A stretch of DNA of 64,000 nt from NCBI GenBank assembly GCA_015492075.1, contig WGFU01000037.1, positions 74,941 through 138,940 of the forward strand, written 5' to 3'. This DNA is from Gammaproteobacteria bacterium (GTDB lineage Bacteria; Pseudomonadota; Gammaproteobacteria; GCA-2400775). The notes under the pieces were generated by a model. That model had not been told where the DNA came from. It searched no databases and saw only the letters and a program-made list of their open reading frames with translations. Below, one piece after another: positions 1 to 10,339 of the stretch; position 1 is the stretch's first letter, and every line of letters begins with the position of its first letter. The position numbers and the translations under genes are program-made.

Positions 1-1967
1 AAATACGCAGAATTGTCGCGCCATTGGCTAAGCTCACTCATGCCACCCAGCGTTTGGCCAAACAAAATTTTTATGAGCCCCTGCATATCGACAGCAATGA
101 TGAGATTGGGCAATTGGCCAAATCGTTTAACAGCATGTCGGAAAAACTAGGCACACAATTTCGCACACTGGAAGGCCTTACCATTATCGACGATTCTATT
201 CTGACAGGTGAAGACATTCGCAGTACCAGCGAACTCATATTACGTGAGATCTGCGGTATTTTTAATTGCCAACAAAGCATGCTGTGCCTGATACCGGAAA
301 AACACGGCCAACAGATACAAAGCCTAAGATACGATTCGGCGGCCGCAAGCATTACAAAACTTGAACTGCTCAAACCTGCTATTTTGAATGACAGCACCCT
401 TCCCACACGACAGCAGACCAAATGTTATGAGCTTAGCGAAGGCTTTCCGAAGCTATTCCACAAGCTCTCGGATGCCAATATTGCACAAATACTAATATGC
501 CCAGTCGTATCCAATAAATTACCGATAGCCTATATTGCGGTAGGGTTCGCTGAATCACGAAACAATATCGACTTGCTTATCGCTCCTCTCGAAAGTTTTA
601 GCCGTCGCATAGGCGTCGCTATACGCGCCACCCGGGACACGCAAAAGCTTTATCGTCGCGCCAACTATGATCCGCTTACCAACTTACACAATCGAGCACA
701 CTTTATCGAACAACTGAACGCTGGCATCAGCAAAGCTGAAAAAGATGGAAAATCCTTTGTCCTCATGTTTATTGATCTCGATCGCTTCAAGCATGTCAAC
801 GATGTACAAGGTCATGAAGCCGGTGACAAACTGCTCAAATATGTTGCTAAAAAACTCGTCGACAGCGTCATCGACGACGCCATAACTGCCCGTTTTGGCG
901 GCGATGAGTTCCTTATCATCTTGCCGGAAGTCAGCTCGCTAAAGTATGCGCAAATCATCGCCAGAACAATTATCGACACTCTCTCGCAACCTATAGTCAT
1001 CGATTTCCACGAACACTTCATCAACGCCAGTATTGGCATCGCCATGTATCCCGACCACGGCAAAAGCGCAGAAATATTAATCAAGAATACCGACATCGCC
1101 ATGTATCGTGCCAAACGTAGCGGTGGCGGCAACCACCGGGTCTTTGACAGCCAGATGAATGCTCAAGCAATGAAACGTATCGCACTGGAAAGCGCGCTAT
1201 ACCGCGCCATCGAACGCAACGAGCTGTTTCTGGTTTACCAACCCAAGCTTTGCCTGCAAAGCGGACAAGTATGCGGAGCTGAAGCACTGATTCGCTGGCA
1301 ACACCCTATTCACGGCCTAATAGCCCCCGATCAATTTATCACCATAGCAGAGGAAACAGGGCAAATCCTGCCGATTGGAAAATGGGTTGTTCGCTCTGTC
1401 ATACAGCAAATCGCCGCCTGGAACAAACAAGGGATGGTGCTTGAACATATCGCAATCAATGCCTCGGTAAGGCAGATCAAATCAGAAGGTTTCGCCGATG
1501 AGCTCAAACTGAGCCTTGAAGAATATGCTGTAGATCCAAAACACATAGAGATAGAAATCACTGAAACCATGTTCATCGACGATATGGAAAATTCCATCAA
1601 GGTATTGAAAAAACTGCGCCAGATCGGAGTAAGCATCGCCATTGATGATTTCGGTACCGGCTATTCGTCGCTCAACTACCTGTCGCGACTGCCCTTTGAT
1701 ACGCTCAAGATTGACCGCTCCTTCCTTGAGCGGGTGCACCAGGACGACAATGCTGCCTCGCTCACCAGTGCCATTATTGCGCTCGCGCACTCGCTCGACA
1801 AAATGGTTGTCGCTGAGGGTGTTGAAACCCGGGAGCAGCTACAGTTCTTGCATGACCGTCATTGCGACCAGGCACAAGGTTTTTATTACACTAAACCACT
1901 ATTAGCTGATGATTTCGAGCGCTACGCCGACAACGCTAGCGCCAGCGGCAACATTCTACTTGGCTAA
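1..1967 (+). CDS. HAMP + GAF-like + GGDEF + EAL c-di-GMP signalling protein (5' end outside window)
   Basis: Frame is open from the window edge (IRRIVAPLAKL..DEIGQLAKSFNSM, HAMP). Motifs YDPLTNLHNR, ARFGGDEF, GAEALIRW, DDFGTGYSSL, EGVET. No RxxD I-site. Confidence 0.93.
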   Translation, partial: IRRIVAPLAKLTHATQRLAKQNFYEPLHIDSNDEIGQLAKSFNSMSEKLGTQFRTLEGLTIIDDSILTGEDIRSTSELILREICGIFNCQQSMLCLIPEKHGQQIQSLRYDSAAASITKLELLKPAILNDSTLPTRQQTKCYELSEGFPKLFHKLSDANIAQILICPVVSNKLPIAYIAVGFAESRNNIDLLIAPLESFSRRIGVAIRATRDTQKLYRRANYDPLTNLHNRAHFIEQLNAGISKAEKDGKSFVLMFIDLDRFKHVNDVQGHEAGDKLLKYVAKKLVDSVIDDAITARFGGDEFLIILPEVSSLKYAQIIARTIIDTLSQPIVIDFHEHFINASIGIAMYPDHGKSAEILIKNTDIAMYRAKRSGGGNHRVFDSQMNAQAMKRIALESALYRAIERNELFLVYQPKLCLQSGQVCGAEALIRWQHPIHGLIAPDQFITIAEETGQILPIGKWVVRSVIQQIAAWNKQGMVLEHIAINASVRQIKSEGFADELKLSLEEYAVDPKHIEIEITETMFIDDMENSIKVLKKLRQIGVSIAIDDFGTGYSSLNYLSRLPFDTLKIDRSFLERVHQDDNAASLTSAIIALAHSLDKMVVAEGVETREQLQFLHDRHCDQAQGFYYTKPLLADDFERYADNASASGNILLG

Positions 1968-2064
1968 ATCACACCCAGCAGATAAAGCAACAAAAAAATC
2001 ATCGCTGCACCGGAGCCAAGCAACATCGCCAATACCAATAATGCCATAAACGCACGCATAACAA

Positions 2065-2487
2065 TTATTCGATACCTTCCTCAATCTTCTGCACACTGAT
2101 ATCGGCAAGCAAATGCAAAGAGCTGTTACATTGCGGGCAATACACCCAGGTCGGCGGCCACTGGCGAGGGGTCAGGCAAATATCGACCTCACCCCGATGC
2201 ACCGGACAGATACCGCGGGCGCGCACGACCTGCGTTTTGGTACGCAGCTGCTGAACAAATAGCACAATACCACCAATCAGAAAAGCCGGAATGGTCAATA
2301 AATGAATAATAGGGATCAGTGCCGCCGGCACGCCGATCAACCAGCAATAAACAAGGCTTAACAACGCTCGATTAACGCGATTACCACGATTGAATACACG
2401 GTAATATAATACCCCTTCACCGCGACCATGTTTCTCATTATCAAAGTGCAGCGCCAATTCCGCCGCTTTGCCCTTGGGCAGCGCCAT
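2065..2487 (-). CDS. Hypothetical two-TM membrane protein with a C-terminal CxxH/CxxC zinc-ribbon-like motif
   Basis: 140-aa ATG ORF filling the gap. Two hydrophobic segments, then CPVH...CPQC. Confidence 0.7.
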   Translation of the reverse strand: MALPKGKAAELALHFDNEKHGRGEGVLYYRVFNRGNRVNRALLSLVYCWLIGVPAALIPIIHLLTIPAFLIGGIVLFVQQLRTKTQVVRARGICPVHRGEVDICLTPRQWPPTWVYCPQCNSSLHLLADISVQKIEEGIE

Positions 2488-2644
2488 GTCAAAATTCCGC
2501 TAATTTTTGCAACTTGGGATTATATCGTGAATTGGGCCAAGGTATAGCAGCATCTATACGTACGCTAAATTAGCAAGTGCTATACTTTGGCAAAATGTCT
2601 TGCGCATAACTTTCTTCAATTCAAAAATAGACACGGAGACCTTC

Positions 2645-4864
2645 ATGAGCAAATTGGTCAAGCGCTTATTGTTAGCATTCTTTGCCATTATCGCCTTAAT
2701 CGTAGTCACTCTGGTTACCGCCTATTTTTTGATCGATGCCAATTCTTTCAAACAAAAAATTATTACCGAAGTCCATGACGCTACTGGTCGTGAACTCACT
2801 ATCGACGGTGAGCTCGATATCTCGCTCTTTCCCTGGCTCGGTCTTCGCGCCAACAATATCAGCCTCAGCAACGCGGCCGGATTCAGCGACCAACCGTTTG
2901 CCAGCATTGAGCGTGTCGAGTTCGGTATCAAGCTGGCGCCCGTATTCCGTAAAGAGATCGAAGCCGATACCATTACCCTACACGGGTTAAAACTTTATCT
3001 TGGCATCAACGAGCAAGGCATTAGCAACTGGGCCGATTTGCTCGGTGAACAGACCAAAAAAGAAACGCCGCAATCTAGCAATAGCGCAGCGCTTACCGGT
3101 CTAGCCGCCTTCAGCATTGGCGGTATTGACGTGCGCGATGCTGACATTGTTTGGCATGACCAGCAGGCCTCTCAGCAATGGTTTATCCGCAACTTTAATT
3201 TTAACAGTGGCGCAATTTTACCTGGCAAACCGATCTCGCTAAAAATGGCTTTTGATATTGATAGCCAGCCAACGCTAATCAACGGGCATATCAAGCTAAG
3301 CGGCATCGCCAGTATTGACCTCACCAATCAACTGCTTGCCATTGGCAACCTTAAACTTATCTCTTTGCTCGATGGTCCAGCGTTGCCGACGCAGACAATG
3401 GAAGCAAAATTGAGCAGTGACCTCAGTCTGGATATGGCTAATGATTCCCTGTCCATGCAGAACCTTGCCTTCAATGTGCTGGGGCTAAGTGCCAGCGGAC
3501 AATTGAACGCCCATCAATTGAGCAACAAGCCAAGCTTTAGAGGGCAGCTCGATGTTAGCGAATTTTCCTTGCGCGACTTGCTAGCAAAACTTGGTATGGC
3601 TGTTGATACTGTCGACCCCACGGCCTTAACCAAAACCAGTCTCAATATCGATTTCGAAGGCAATACCACCCGCTTGGCACTGACCAGTCTCGGCGCCATA
3701 ATCGATGACACCCAGCTCAGCGGCAATGTCAGTATTGCTGAATTCAACAAGCCCTCTATCACGGCCAAACTTAAATTGGACAAGATCGATCTTGATCGCT
3801 ATCTACCACCGACTGCAGAAGAAAATAAATTTACTCCTGTAGGGACTGTAAGTAGTGACACTACAGCAAACGTGACTGACACCACTACTAAGGCGCCAAT
3901 AGATAATAGCTGGATGCATCCCTTGCGCACAATGATCGCCAAGGTACAGTTTGATGTCGATTCGCTTAAGATCAATAATCTAACACTGACGCAACTGGCC
4001 ACCACCTTAACCGCGAAAGGGGGCTTATTAACCCTACATCCGCTCACGGCCTCTCTCTACAATGGCAGTTACCAGGGCAATATTCAGCTCAATGCCAACC
4101 TTGACACCCCCATTATCTCTGTCAACGAGACACTCAAGGATGTTGCCGCCGGGCCATTATTAAAAGACTTGACCGGCGATGATAAAATTCTTGGCACCGT
4201 CAGCTCCAATGCCAAACTCACCATGCGCGGCACAACGCCTGATCAAATCAAGAAAACCGCTAACGGGGATATTCGGTTCGCCTTTATCCATGGCGCAATA
4301 AAAGGCGTCAATATTGCCAAAGTGGTTCGCGATGCCAAGGCAAAGCTATCTGGCCAGCCAGTCGGCAAGAACGACGAACCCGCACAAACTGACTTTGCAG
4401 AGCTCAGTGGCACCATCAACATCAAAAGCGGGCTATTGCAAAACCATGACCTTTTGATGAAATCGCCCTTTTTTCGTATTGTCGGTCGCGGCAAGGTTGA
4501 CCTTCTCAATGAGTCCATCGACTACCTGACCGAAGTCAATATTGTTGAAACCTCAAAAGGACAGGGCGGTAAAGACCTCGCGCAGCTAAGAGGTTTGACC
4601 ATCCCCGTTAAAATTAGCGGCACCTTTACTGAGCCCAAGTTTACACCAGACCTCACATCAATGATCGGTGATCAAACCAAGCAAAAGGCCAAAGAAAAAA
4701 TTGACAAGAAAAAAAACCAGCTCAAGGGTAAACTGCTGGAAAAGTTAGGTGTTAAGCAAGACAATGCTGTCAATGATAGTAGCGAAGCCACCAACGCAAC
4801 GCAAGAAAGTCCTCAAGAGAAACTGGAAGATAAACTGAAGAGTAAACTCAAAGGTTTATTCTAG
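2645..4864 (+). CDS. asmA: AsmA family protein
   Basis: N-terminal TM, TGRELTIDG.L.S.FPWLG motif, C-terminal GLTIPVKISG..P. Lies upstream of mutY, as is typical. ATG at 2645 follows GGAG. Confidence 0.9.
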   Translation: MSKLVKRLLLAFFAIIALIVVTLVTAYFLIDANSFKQKIITEVHDATGRELTIDGELDISLFPWLGLRANNISLSNAAGFSDQPFASIERVEFGIKLAPVFRKEIEADTITLHGLKLYLGINEQGISNWADLLGEQTKKETPQSSNSAALTGLAAFSIGGIDVRDADIVWHDQQASQQWFIRNFNFNSGAILPGKPISLKMAFDIDSQPTLINGHIKLSGIASIDLTNQLLAIGNLKLISLLDGPALPTQTMEAKLSSDLSLDMANDSLSMQNLAFNVLGLSASGQLNAHQLSNKPSFRGQLDVSEFSLRDLLAKLGMAVDTVDPTALTKTSLNIDFEGNTTRLALTSLGAIIDDTQLSGNVSIAEFNKPSITAKLKLDKIDLDRYLPPTAEENKFTPVGTVSSDTTANVTDTTTKAPIDNSWMHPLRTMIAKVQFDVDSLKINNLTLTQLATTLTAKGGLLTLHPLTASLYNGSYQGNIQLNANLDTPIISVNETLKDVAAGPLLKDLTGDDKILGTVSSNAKLTMRGTTPDQIKKTANGDIRFAFIHGAIKGVNIAKVVRDAKAKLSGQPVGKNDEPAQTDFAELSGTINIKSGLLQNHDLLMKSPFFRIVGRGKVDLLNESIDYLTEVNIVETSKGQGGKDLAQLRGLTIPVKISGTFTEPKFTPDLTSMIGDQTKQKAKEKIDKKKNQLKGKLLEKLGVKQDNAVNDSSEATNATQESPQEKLEDKLKSKLKGLF

Positions 4865-5003
4865 AAAACTTGCCATCGATACCAGTGGAAAATATTGCGA
4901 TTAAAAATACGCGAATTGATGGCGCCAGCCACTGCATCAGCACAATTGTGTATTTCTGAGTTCAAGATGGTTGCTCACAATTTGCGTCAGCAGTTCTATA
5001 TAA

Positions 5004-6071
5004 ATGCTTATTGATTCATTTAGCGACCGCTTACTAAGCTGGTTTGACCAACACGGGCGCAAAAACCTACCATGGCAACAACAATCTCCCTACCATGTTT
5101 GGGTATCGGAGATTATGCTGCAACAAACTCAGGTAAAAACCGTCATTCCCTATTATCAGCGCTTTATCCAGCGCTTTCCCGACCTTCAGCAATTGGCGGC
5201 CGCCCCGATTGATGAGGTACTGCATCTCTGGAGCGGACTCGGTTATTATGCCCGTGGCCGTAATCTGCACCGTGCCGCCCAGCAAATGTGTTGGCGCCAC
5301 CAGGCTGAACTGCCGGCCTCACTGGATGAATTGATTAAGCTTCCTGGCATTGGTCGATCGACGGCTGGGGCGATCCTATCGCTATCGAAAAATCAACGCC
5401 AACCCATACTCGATGGTAATGTCAGACGTGTGCTCGCTCGCTGCTTTGCCATCGCCGGCTGGCCGGGTAGACGCACCGTCGAACAGCAGCTTTGGGATTT
5501 ATCAGAACAAGTCACCCCGCATCAGCGCATCGCTGATTACACGCAGGCGATTATGGATCTCGGTGCAACCGTTTGCACACGCAGCAAACCCGTATGCAAC
5601 ACTTGCCCCATGAGCGGTCATTGTATTGCACAAAAAACAGGCTCGATAGAGTGCTATCCCGCTAAAAAGCCCAAACGTAGCCTGCCCGAACAGCACACTA
5701 CAATGTTATTACTACAAAATGAGCAAGATGAAATATTGCTACAACAACGCCCGCCGAGCGGGCTTTGGGGTGGACTCTGGTGTTTGCCCCAATGCGAGAC
5801 AGAGACAGCTATCGCACCCTGGTGCCAACAGCAGCTCGGGCTGAATATCAGCCAGGTCGCTACAGGTAAGCGCTTTTGTCATACCTTTTCTCATTATCGC
5901 CTGCATATCACACCTGTCTATGCGCGCGCCAAACCCAGTACACACACCGTCATGGAGAGCACCCCTCGGCTTTGGTACAATCGACAACAACCACCCTCAC
6001 TGGGGCTCGCTGCCCCAGTCAGTAAATTATTGCAAGAACTTGATCAAGCCCTATATGAGAGAACTCTATGA
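5004..6071 (+). CDS. mutY: A/G-specific adenine glycosylase
   Basis: [12 protein letters not shown], Hh[17 protein letters not shown], Fe-[19 protein letters not shown]-terminal NUDIX-like domain. Confidence 0.97.
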   Translation: MLIDSFSDRLLSWFDQHGRKNLPWQQQSPYHVWVSEIMLQQTQVKTVIPYYQRFIQRFPDLQQLAAAPIDEVLHLWSGLGYYARGRNLHRAAQQMCWRHQAELPASLDELIKLPGIGRSTAGAILSLSKNQRQPILDGNVRRVLARCFAIAGWPGRRTVEQQLWDLSEQVTPHQRIADYTQAIMDLGATVCTRSKPVCNTCPMSGHCIAQKTGSIECYPAKKPKRSLPEQHTTMLLLQNEQDEILLQQRPPSGLWGGLWCLPQCETETAIAPWCQQQLGLNISQVATGKRFCHTFSHYRLHITPVYARAKPSTHTVMESTPRLWYNRQQPPSLGLAAPVSKLLQELDQALYERTL

Positions 6072-6340
6072 GCCGTACTGTCCAATGTGTACATCTAAAA
6101 CGTGAAGCCGAAGGACTGAAAGCCGCTCCCTACCCCGGCGCTCTCGGCCAGCGTATCTTTGAAAACGTATCGGCAGAAGGCTGGAAAGCGTGGCTGAGCC
6201 ATCAAACAATGTTGATCAATGAAAACCGCCTCAGCGCGCTGGATCCCAAGGCACGTCAATTTCTTGAAGAAGAAATGGAAAAATTCTTTTTTGGTGATGG
6301 CTCGGACAAGCCGGAAGGCTATATAGCACAAGAATCCTAG
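6068..6340 (+). CDS. yggX: Fe(II)-trafficking / oxidative damage protection protein
   Basis: MSRTVQC...YPG.LG.RI...[11 protein letters not shown]. Overlaps the mutY stop (ATGA). Confidence 0.96.
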   Translation: MSRTVQCVHLKREAEGLKAAPYPGALGQRIFENVSAEGWKAWLSHQTMLINENRLSALDPKARQFLEEEMEKFFFGDGSDKPEGYIAQES

Positions 6341-6348
6341 TTTCCAGC

Positions 6349-6377
6349 TTGACGTCTGCGCCCCAAACGCGTTTAAT
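6349..6377 (+). promoter_or_regulatory. Sigma70 promoter for the tRNA locus
   Basis: TTGACG-N17-TTTAAT followed by the GC-rich discriminator AGCCGGC. Confidence 0.7.
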
Positions 6378-6392
6378 AGCCGGCTTCGCGAT

Positions 6393-6474
6393 GGCCTGAC
6401 AAGCGCAGCGACAGGGTAGGTAAGGATTGAAAATGTCTTATTTTTCGATAATTCATTCCTGCACTGGAAAACCA
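6393..6474 (+). pseudogene. Degenerate tandem copy of tRNA-Phe
   Basis: Colinear remnants GGCC, AGCGCAG, GGTAG, GGATTGAAAAT (11 nt identical to the anticodon arm), TTCATTCC, CTGG, ACCA. The acceptor and T stems no longer pair. Confidence 0.6.
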
Positions 6475-6486
6475 AAAGTATAAAAT

Positions 6487-6562
6487 GGCCAGGTAGCTCA
6501 GTCGGTAGAGCAGGGGATTGAAAATCCCCGTGTCGGCGGTTCGATTCCGTCCCTGGCCACCA
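6487..6562 (+). tRNA. tRNA-Phe(GAA)
   Basis: 76 nt GGCCAGG...CCTGGCCACCA. Anticodon arm GGGGA-TTGAAAA-TCCCC, T loop GGTTCGATTCC, encoded CCA. Confidence 0.99.
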
Positions 6563-6622
6563 TTTCCCGTATTACACTGCTTTACTGTCGAATACCACAC
6601 GACTTCCGGGGCCTGCGCTAAG

Positions 6623-7027
6623 ATGAAAACATTTCGCTATCTGTTGCTCAGCTTCGTCCTCGTCTGCGCGGCTTTCATCGGCTGGGGCTGGTGGATAGGT
6701 GAGCAAACAAAGCTCTATCAAGTAGAACTTGCCCCCCAAATCGAAGCGGCCTACGGCTTTACTGCCAGCACTCCGCAAATACGGGTTCATGACAAACGCA
6801 GACAAGTCTTCGCTATCCATCCGGATGAAAAAGGCTTGTTATACGCTGCCGGCTTTCGTGATCACGACATCATCCTGTCCCATCAAATAACCGCTTTTTA
6901 TAAAGCGCTCTACCATCAAGGAGAGAGGACACTGTCATTCAAGATCATCGACGGCGGTGACGGACCGCCTCTGAATCAACGCGAGCTACGAACGATAACG
7001 CTACCCCCGCCGGCGCACCAACCTTGA
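6623..7027 (+). CDS. Membrane-anchored protein with a degenerate PDZ-like domain
   Basis: ATG at 6623, N-terminal TM. VFAIHPD..GLLYAAGFRDHDIILS resembles the PDZ V.P.S.A..AGL..GD.I motif. Confidence 0.6.
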   Translation: MKTFRYLLLSFVLVCAAFIGWGWWIGEQTKLYQVELAPQIEAAYGFTASTPQIRVHDKRRQVFAIHPDEKGLLYAAGFRDHDIILSHQITAFYKALYHQGERTLSFKIIDGGDGPPLNQRELRTITLPPPAHQP

Positions 7028-7107
7028 TTCTGCTCCAAGGCTGCGGGCAATGACACGCCGCCGCCCTCTGATGCAGCCCCCTTTTGCCTTGCAACCGCTC
7101 GGTGAGG

Positions 7108-9834
7108 TCATCCGATAAGCCTCTGCGGGAATTGCCGGCAGCCAATGTTGGCAATGGCTTGCGGCTTGCCAATGGCCCAGCCCTGGGCAAAATCCACCCC
7201 TATTTCGTTAAGCGCATGACGCGTCATTCTGTGCTCAACAAATTCTGCAATGGTTTTCATGTTCAAAGCGTGCCCGACATCATTGAACGCCTTGACCATG
7301 GCAAAGTCCTGTGGATTGCTGAGGATATCCTTGACAAACTGGCCGTCAATCTTCAGGTAATCCACCGCCAGGTGGCGCAGGTAAAAAAACGATGACAGAC
7401 CGCTACCAAAATCATCCAGCGAGAACTTGCAACCGTCGTGCTGCAATTCGCTAATCAATTCCTGTGCCTTTTTCATATTCGCAACCGCAGCGGTTTCAGT
7501 AATTTCAAAACAGACCAGTTCCGCTGCCACCCCGGTTTCCCTGAATTGCTGGCGGATAAATGCCAGCAAGCCACTATCATAAATCGAGCAGCCTGACAAG
7601 TTGATGGACAACATAACCTCCTGCTCGTTGGCCTCCATCCACTGCAAGGTATGCCTGATCACCCAGCGGTCAATATCGGCCGCCAGGTTGTAGCGTTCCG
7701 CGGCCGGAAAAAACAGGCCCGGTGAAATATATCCGCCATCGTCATCGACGTAGCGCAACAACACTTCGTAGTGCCGCACTATGGTCGGCGCCCGCAAGGC
7801 CTCAATCGGTTGCACAAAAAGCTCGAAGCGATCATTTTCCAGCGCCTTGTGCAGGCGTGACATCCAGTGCATGGAACCGCGCAGCGCATGACTGTCATTG
7901 TCGGCTTCGGGCCTGAACACATGGATCAGATTTGAGCCCTGACTTTTGGCAAGATAACAGGCCGTATCGGCCTGGCTCAGGATTTCCGGAATCGATAAGG
8001 TGTCTGCGCTGAAACAGCACAGGCCGACGCTCACCCCGACAGAAAACACCTTGTCATCCCAGACAAAGCGGAACTGCTTCACCATGTCGCGGATTTTGCC
8101 GACTATGCGCAGGGCATGTTCCTCGTCACAGTTTTGGAAAATAATCCCGAACTCATCACCGCCAAGCCGGGCCAGCGTGTCGCCACGGCGGATGCTTTGC
8201 CGCAACTGCCCGGTCAGCTGCTGCAACAGCATGTCACCCGCTTCATGACCGCAAGTATCGTTAACCACCTTGAATTGGTCCAGATCCATGAAGGCCAACA
8301 CATGCTGACCGGTGCCGCCACCCTGTAATACCGTGTTGAGCTGCCGCTCAAACTCGTAACGGTTGACCAATCCGGTCAGGGCATCGTGGCTGGCCTCATA
8401 GGCCAGCTGCCGTCTGAGCTCTCGGTCCTGCGTAACATCTTGAAATATAAGCACCGCGCCAATGACTTTCGTACCGTCATGCATCGGGGTGCTTGCATAT
8501 TCCAGTTCAAGTATTTCGCCATTCTCTTTATGTAAAAAAGCGTGCCCCTGGAACATTTTTCTGTTTCGCCAGAACTCAGCGGGGCGGGTCAACTCCAGTG
8601 GCCGGCCACAGAAGGGGTCATTGCTGCGCAGGTTCAGTGTGCGCGAAACCGGCAATCCACGCAGCTCATCGAAACTGCGGCCGAATATTTCCTCGGCCTT
8701 GGGATTCATATACTGGATCCTGCCGCCGGCATCAAAAGTAATGACACCGTTGATAATCGAGGCCAGGGTAATATCGGAAAACTCTTTTTCTTTTTTCAAC
8801 AACTGCTCGGCTTGCGTCTTTTCCCGTGTCTGCTCCTCCAACGACTCAACCATTTTGTTAAAAGCCAGAATAGGCATGGCAAGTTCGCTTTGCGCTGCGC
8901 CGGTCTCGACCCGCGTGAAGACCCCCTCTATCATTTTCTGCGAGGCGATCTGTAACTGCCCAAGCGGTTGAAACGTCCGTTTTAGCCAGAAATACACCAG
9001 CACCAGCAATAAAATCAGCGAAGCAAACACCAAGCCGAGGATCATATTGCGTGTCTGCACCAGTTGCCGGCCCAGCGCGGATTGATCCATCAGCGCTTTC
9101 AAGCGGACCACCGGCACACCCTTGATATCGTTCAGCTGCACTGCCGCAATCAGAAAGTTGGGATCATCTGTATTGCGCCAATCCTGAGACTGGTATTCGA
9201 CAACATGATCCATGGTCTCGATCAGCACCGGCGCTCCAAGTTGGCTCTCAAGCGCTTTGAGTTTATACGCCACATTGGATATCACGAGTATATAGCCTTG
9301 CAGGCGCAGACCGCCTATGGGCGCGAGTACAGCGAAGTGACTGCTCTGACTGCCACGACAAAGTGTCGACAGGGTTTTCAACCGTTCGCCACCCTTGCGC
9401 ACTGCGGCAGCTTGCAGCAGCGCACTGCAAGTGCCGGTACTATCTGCTTCCGCAGCGGCCACCTGATTTAGTGACTTGTCGTAGATGACAATATTGTGCA
9501 AATCCACTATATGGGCGGTTGCGAAATATCTATTAAAGGATTGTTGCAGCCAGAGATGAAGATTTTCCCGGTCTTTCTTTGTAAATGCCTGACGGAACGA
9601 TTTTTCCTGCTGCAGCTTAAGTGCCTGTGCTCCTTGCAACTGCAACAGCTCCTGCACAATCCCATCCGCCCTGATCTTCAATATTGACTCAAAACCCTCC
9701 AGCTGATGCTGGTTAGCCTGGCGCTGATAAATAGTCGTAGTAATAAACTCGACCACAGCCGCGACCACGCCCACCACCATGATCACCATCATGAGCTGCA
9801 AGCGAAGGCTCGACTTGTTGGGGGTTGTATTCAC
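7108..9834 (-). CDS. Membrane sensor-HAMP-PAS-GGDEF-EAL protein
   Basis: Two TMs flank a periplasmic domain. HAMP, PAS (ASIINGVITFD..GRIQYMNPKAE), HDALTGLVNR, RRGD I-site, RLGGDEF, EVL, DDFGSG. Confidence 0.93.
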   Translation of the reverse strand: MNTTPNKSSLRLQLMMVIMVVGVVAAVVEFITTTIYQRQANQHQLEGFESILKIRADGIVQELLQLQGAQALKLQQEKSFRQAFTKKDRENLHLWLQQSFNRYFATAHIVDLHNIVIYDKSLNQVAAAEADSTGTCSALLQAAAVRKGGERLKTLSTLCRGSQSSHFAVLAPIGGLRLQGYILVISNVAYKLKALESQLGAPVLIETMDHVVEYQSQDWRNTDDPNFLIAAVQLNDIKGVPVVRLKALMDQSALGRQLVQTRNMILGLVFASLILLLVLVYFWLKRTFQPLGQLQIASQKMIEGVFTRVETGAAQSELAMPILAFNKMVESLEEQTREKTQAEQLLKKEKEFSDITLASIINGVITFDAGGRIQYMNPKAEEIFGRSFDELRGLPVSRTLNLRSNDPFCGRPLELTRPAEFWRNRKMFQGHAFLHKENGEILELEYASTPMHDGTKVIGAVLIFQDVTQDRELRRQLAYEASHDALTGLVNRYEFERQLNTVLQGGGTGQHVLAFMDLDQFKVVNDTCGHEAGDMLLQQLTGQLRQSIRRGDTLARLGGDEFGIIFQNCDEEHALRIVGKIRDMVKQFRFVWDDKVFSVGVSVGLCCFSADTLSIPEILSQADTACYLAKSQGSNLIHVFRPEADNDSHALRGSMHWMSRLHKALENDRFELFVQPIEALRAPTIVRHYEVLLRYVDDDGGYISPGLFFPAAERYNLAADIDRWVIRHTLQWMEANEQEVMLSINLSGCSIYDSGLLAFIRQQFRETGVAAELVCFEITETAAVANMKKAQELISELQHDGCKFSLDDFGSGLSSFFYLRHLAVDYLKIDGQFVKDILSNPQDFAMVKAFNDVGHALNMKTIAEFVEHRMTRHALNEIGVDFAQGWAIGKPQAIANIGCRQFPQRLIG

Positions 9835-9840
9835 GGCGTG

Positions 9841-10284
9841 CTATTCAATAACCAGAGGATAACCTTTCAGTTTCCATTCCTCGATACCGCCCCTAAACCA
9901 CCATAACCGTTTGTAACCACAGGACAGTGCCGCCTTGGCACCACGAACACTACGCCCGCAATTAATCCCATTGCAGTAAAATACTGTCGGTGTCATACGG
10001 CTTGGCACTATTTGCGCCAGCGTCTGACAACGTGTCTCGCTGCCTAACAGTGAAATGGACCCTTCTATATATCCGTTCTTGCGATCGTCGCTTATACGCG
10101 AGTCGATAATTACCAGATTTTCGAACTCATCGGCCAGAGAGATCAGTGCTTCAGCATCGACAGTGATTACGCCAGCAATATGGTCAGGTGCCTTGACCAT
10201 TGATTTACCGGCATACACTGGCAAAAATACACATACTGTGAGTATCCCAGCTACAAAGCAGCTTGTACGAACAATGAATTTCAT
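9841..10284 (-). CDS. Exported rhodanese-like domain protein
   Basis: Signal peptide (..VYA|G), IIDSR...GYIEGSI, active loop FYCNGINCGRS, WFRGGIEEW...GYP. Confidence 0.88.
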   Translation of the reverse strand: MKFIVRTSCFVAGILTVCVFLPVYAGKSMVKAPDHIAGVITVDAEALISLADEFENLVIIDSRISDDRKNGYIEGSISLLGSETRCQTLAQIVPSRMTPTVFYCNGINCGRSVRGAKAALSCGYKRLWWFRGGIEEWKLKGYPLVIE

Positions 10285-10312
10285 TAAATATCTACCGCTG
10301 AACCTAAGTAAA

Positions 10313-10339
10313 TTATCGGCCTGGCCAAGAATAATATTA
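10313..10339 (-). promoter_or_regulatory. Putative sigma28 (FliA) promoter of the rhodanese-GGDEF/EAL operon
   Basis: Minus strand TAAT-N15-GCCGATAA, about 28 nt before the ATG. Confidence 0.55.

Noticed and set aside
6518-6622. N-terminal extension of the 169-aa ORF
   Set aside because: It overlaps tRNA-Phe. The ATG at 6623 before the TM segment is the better start.
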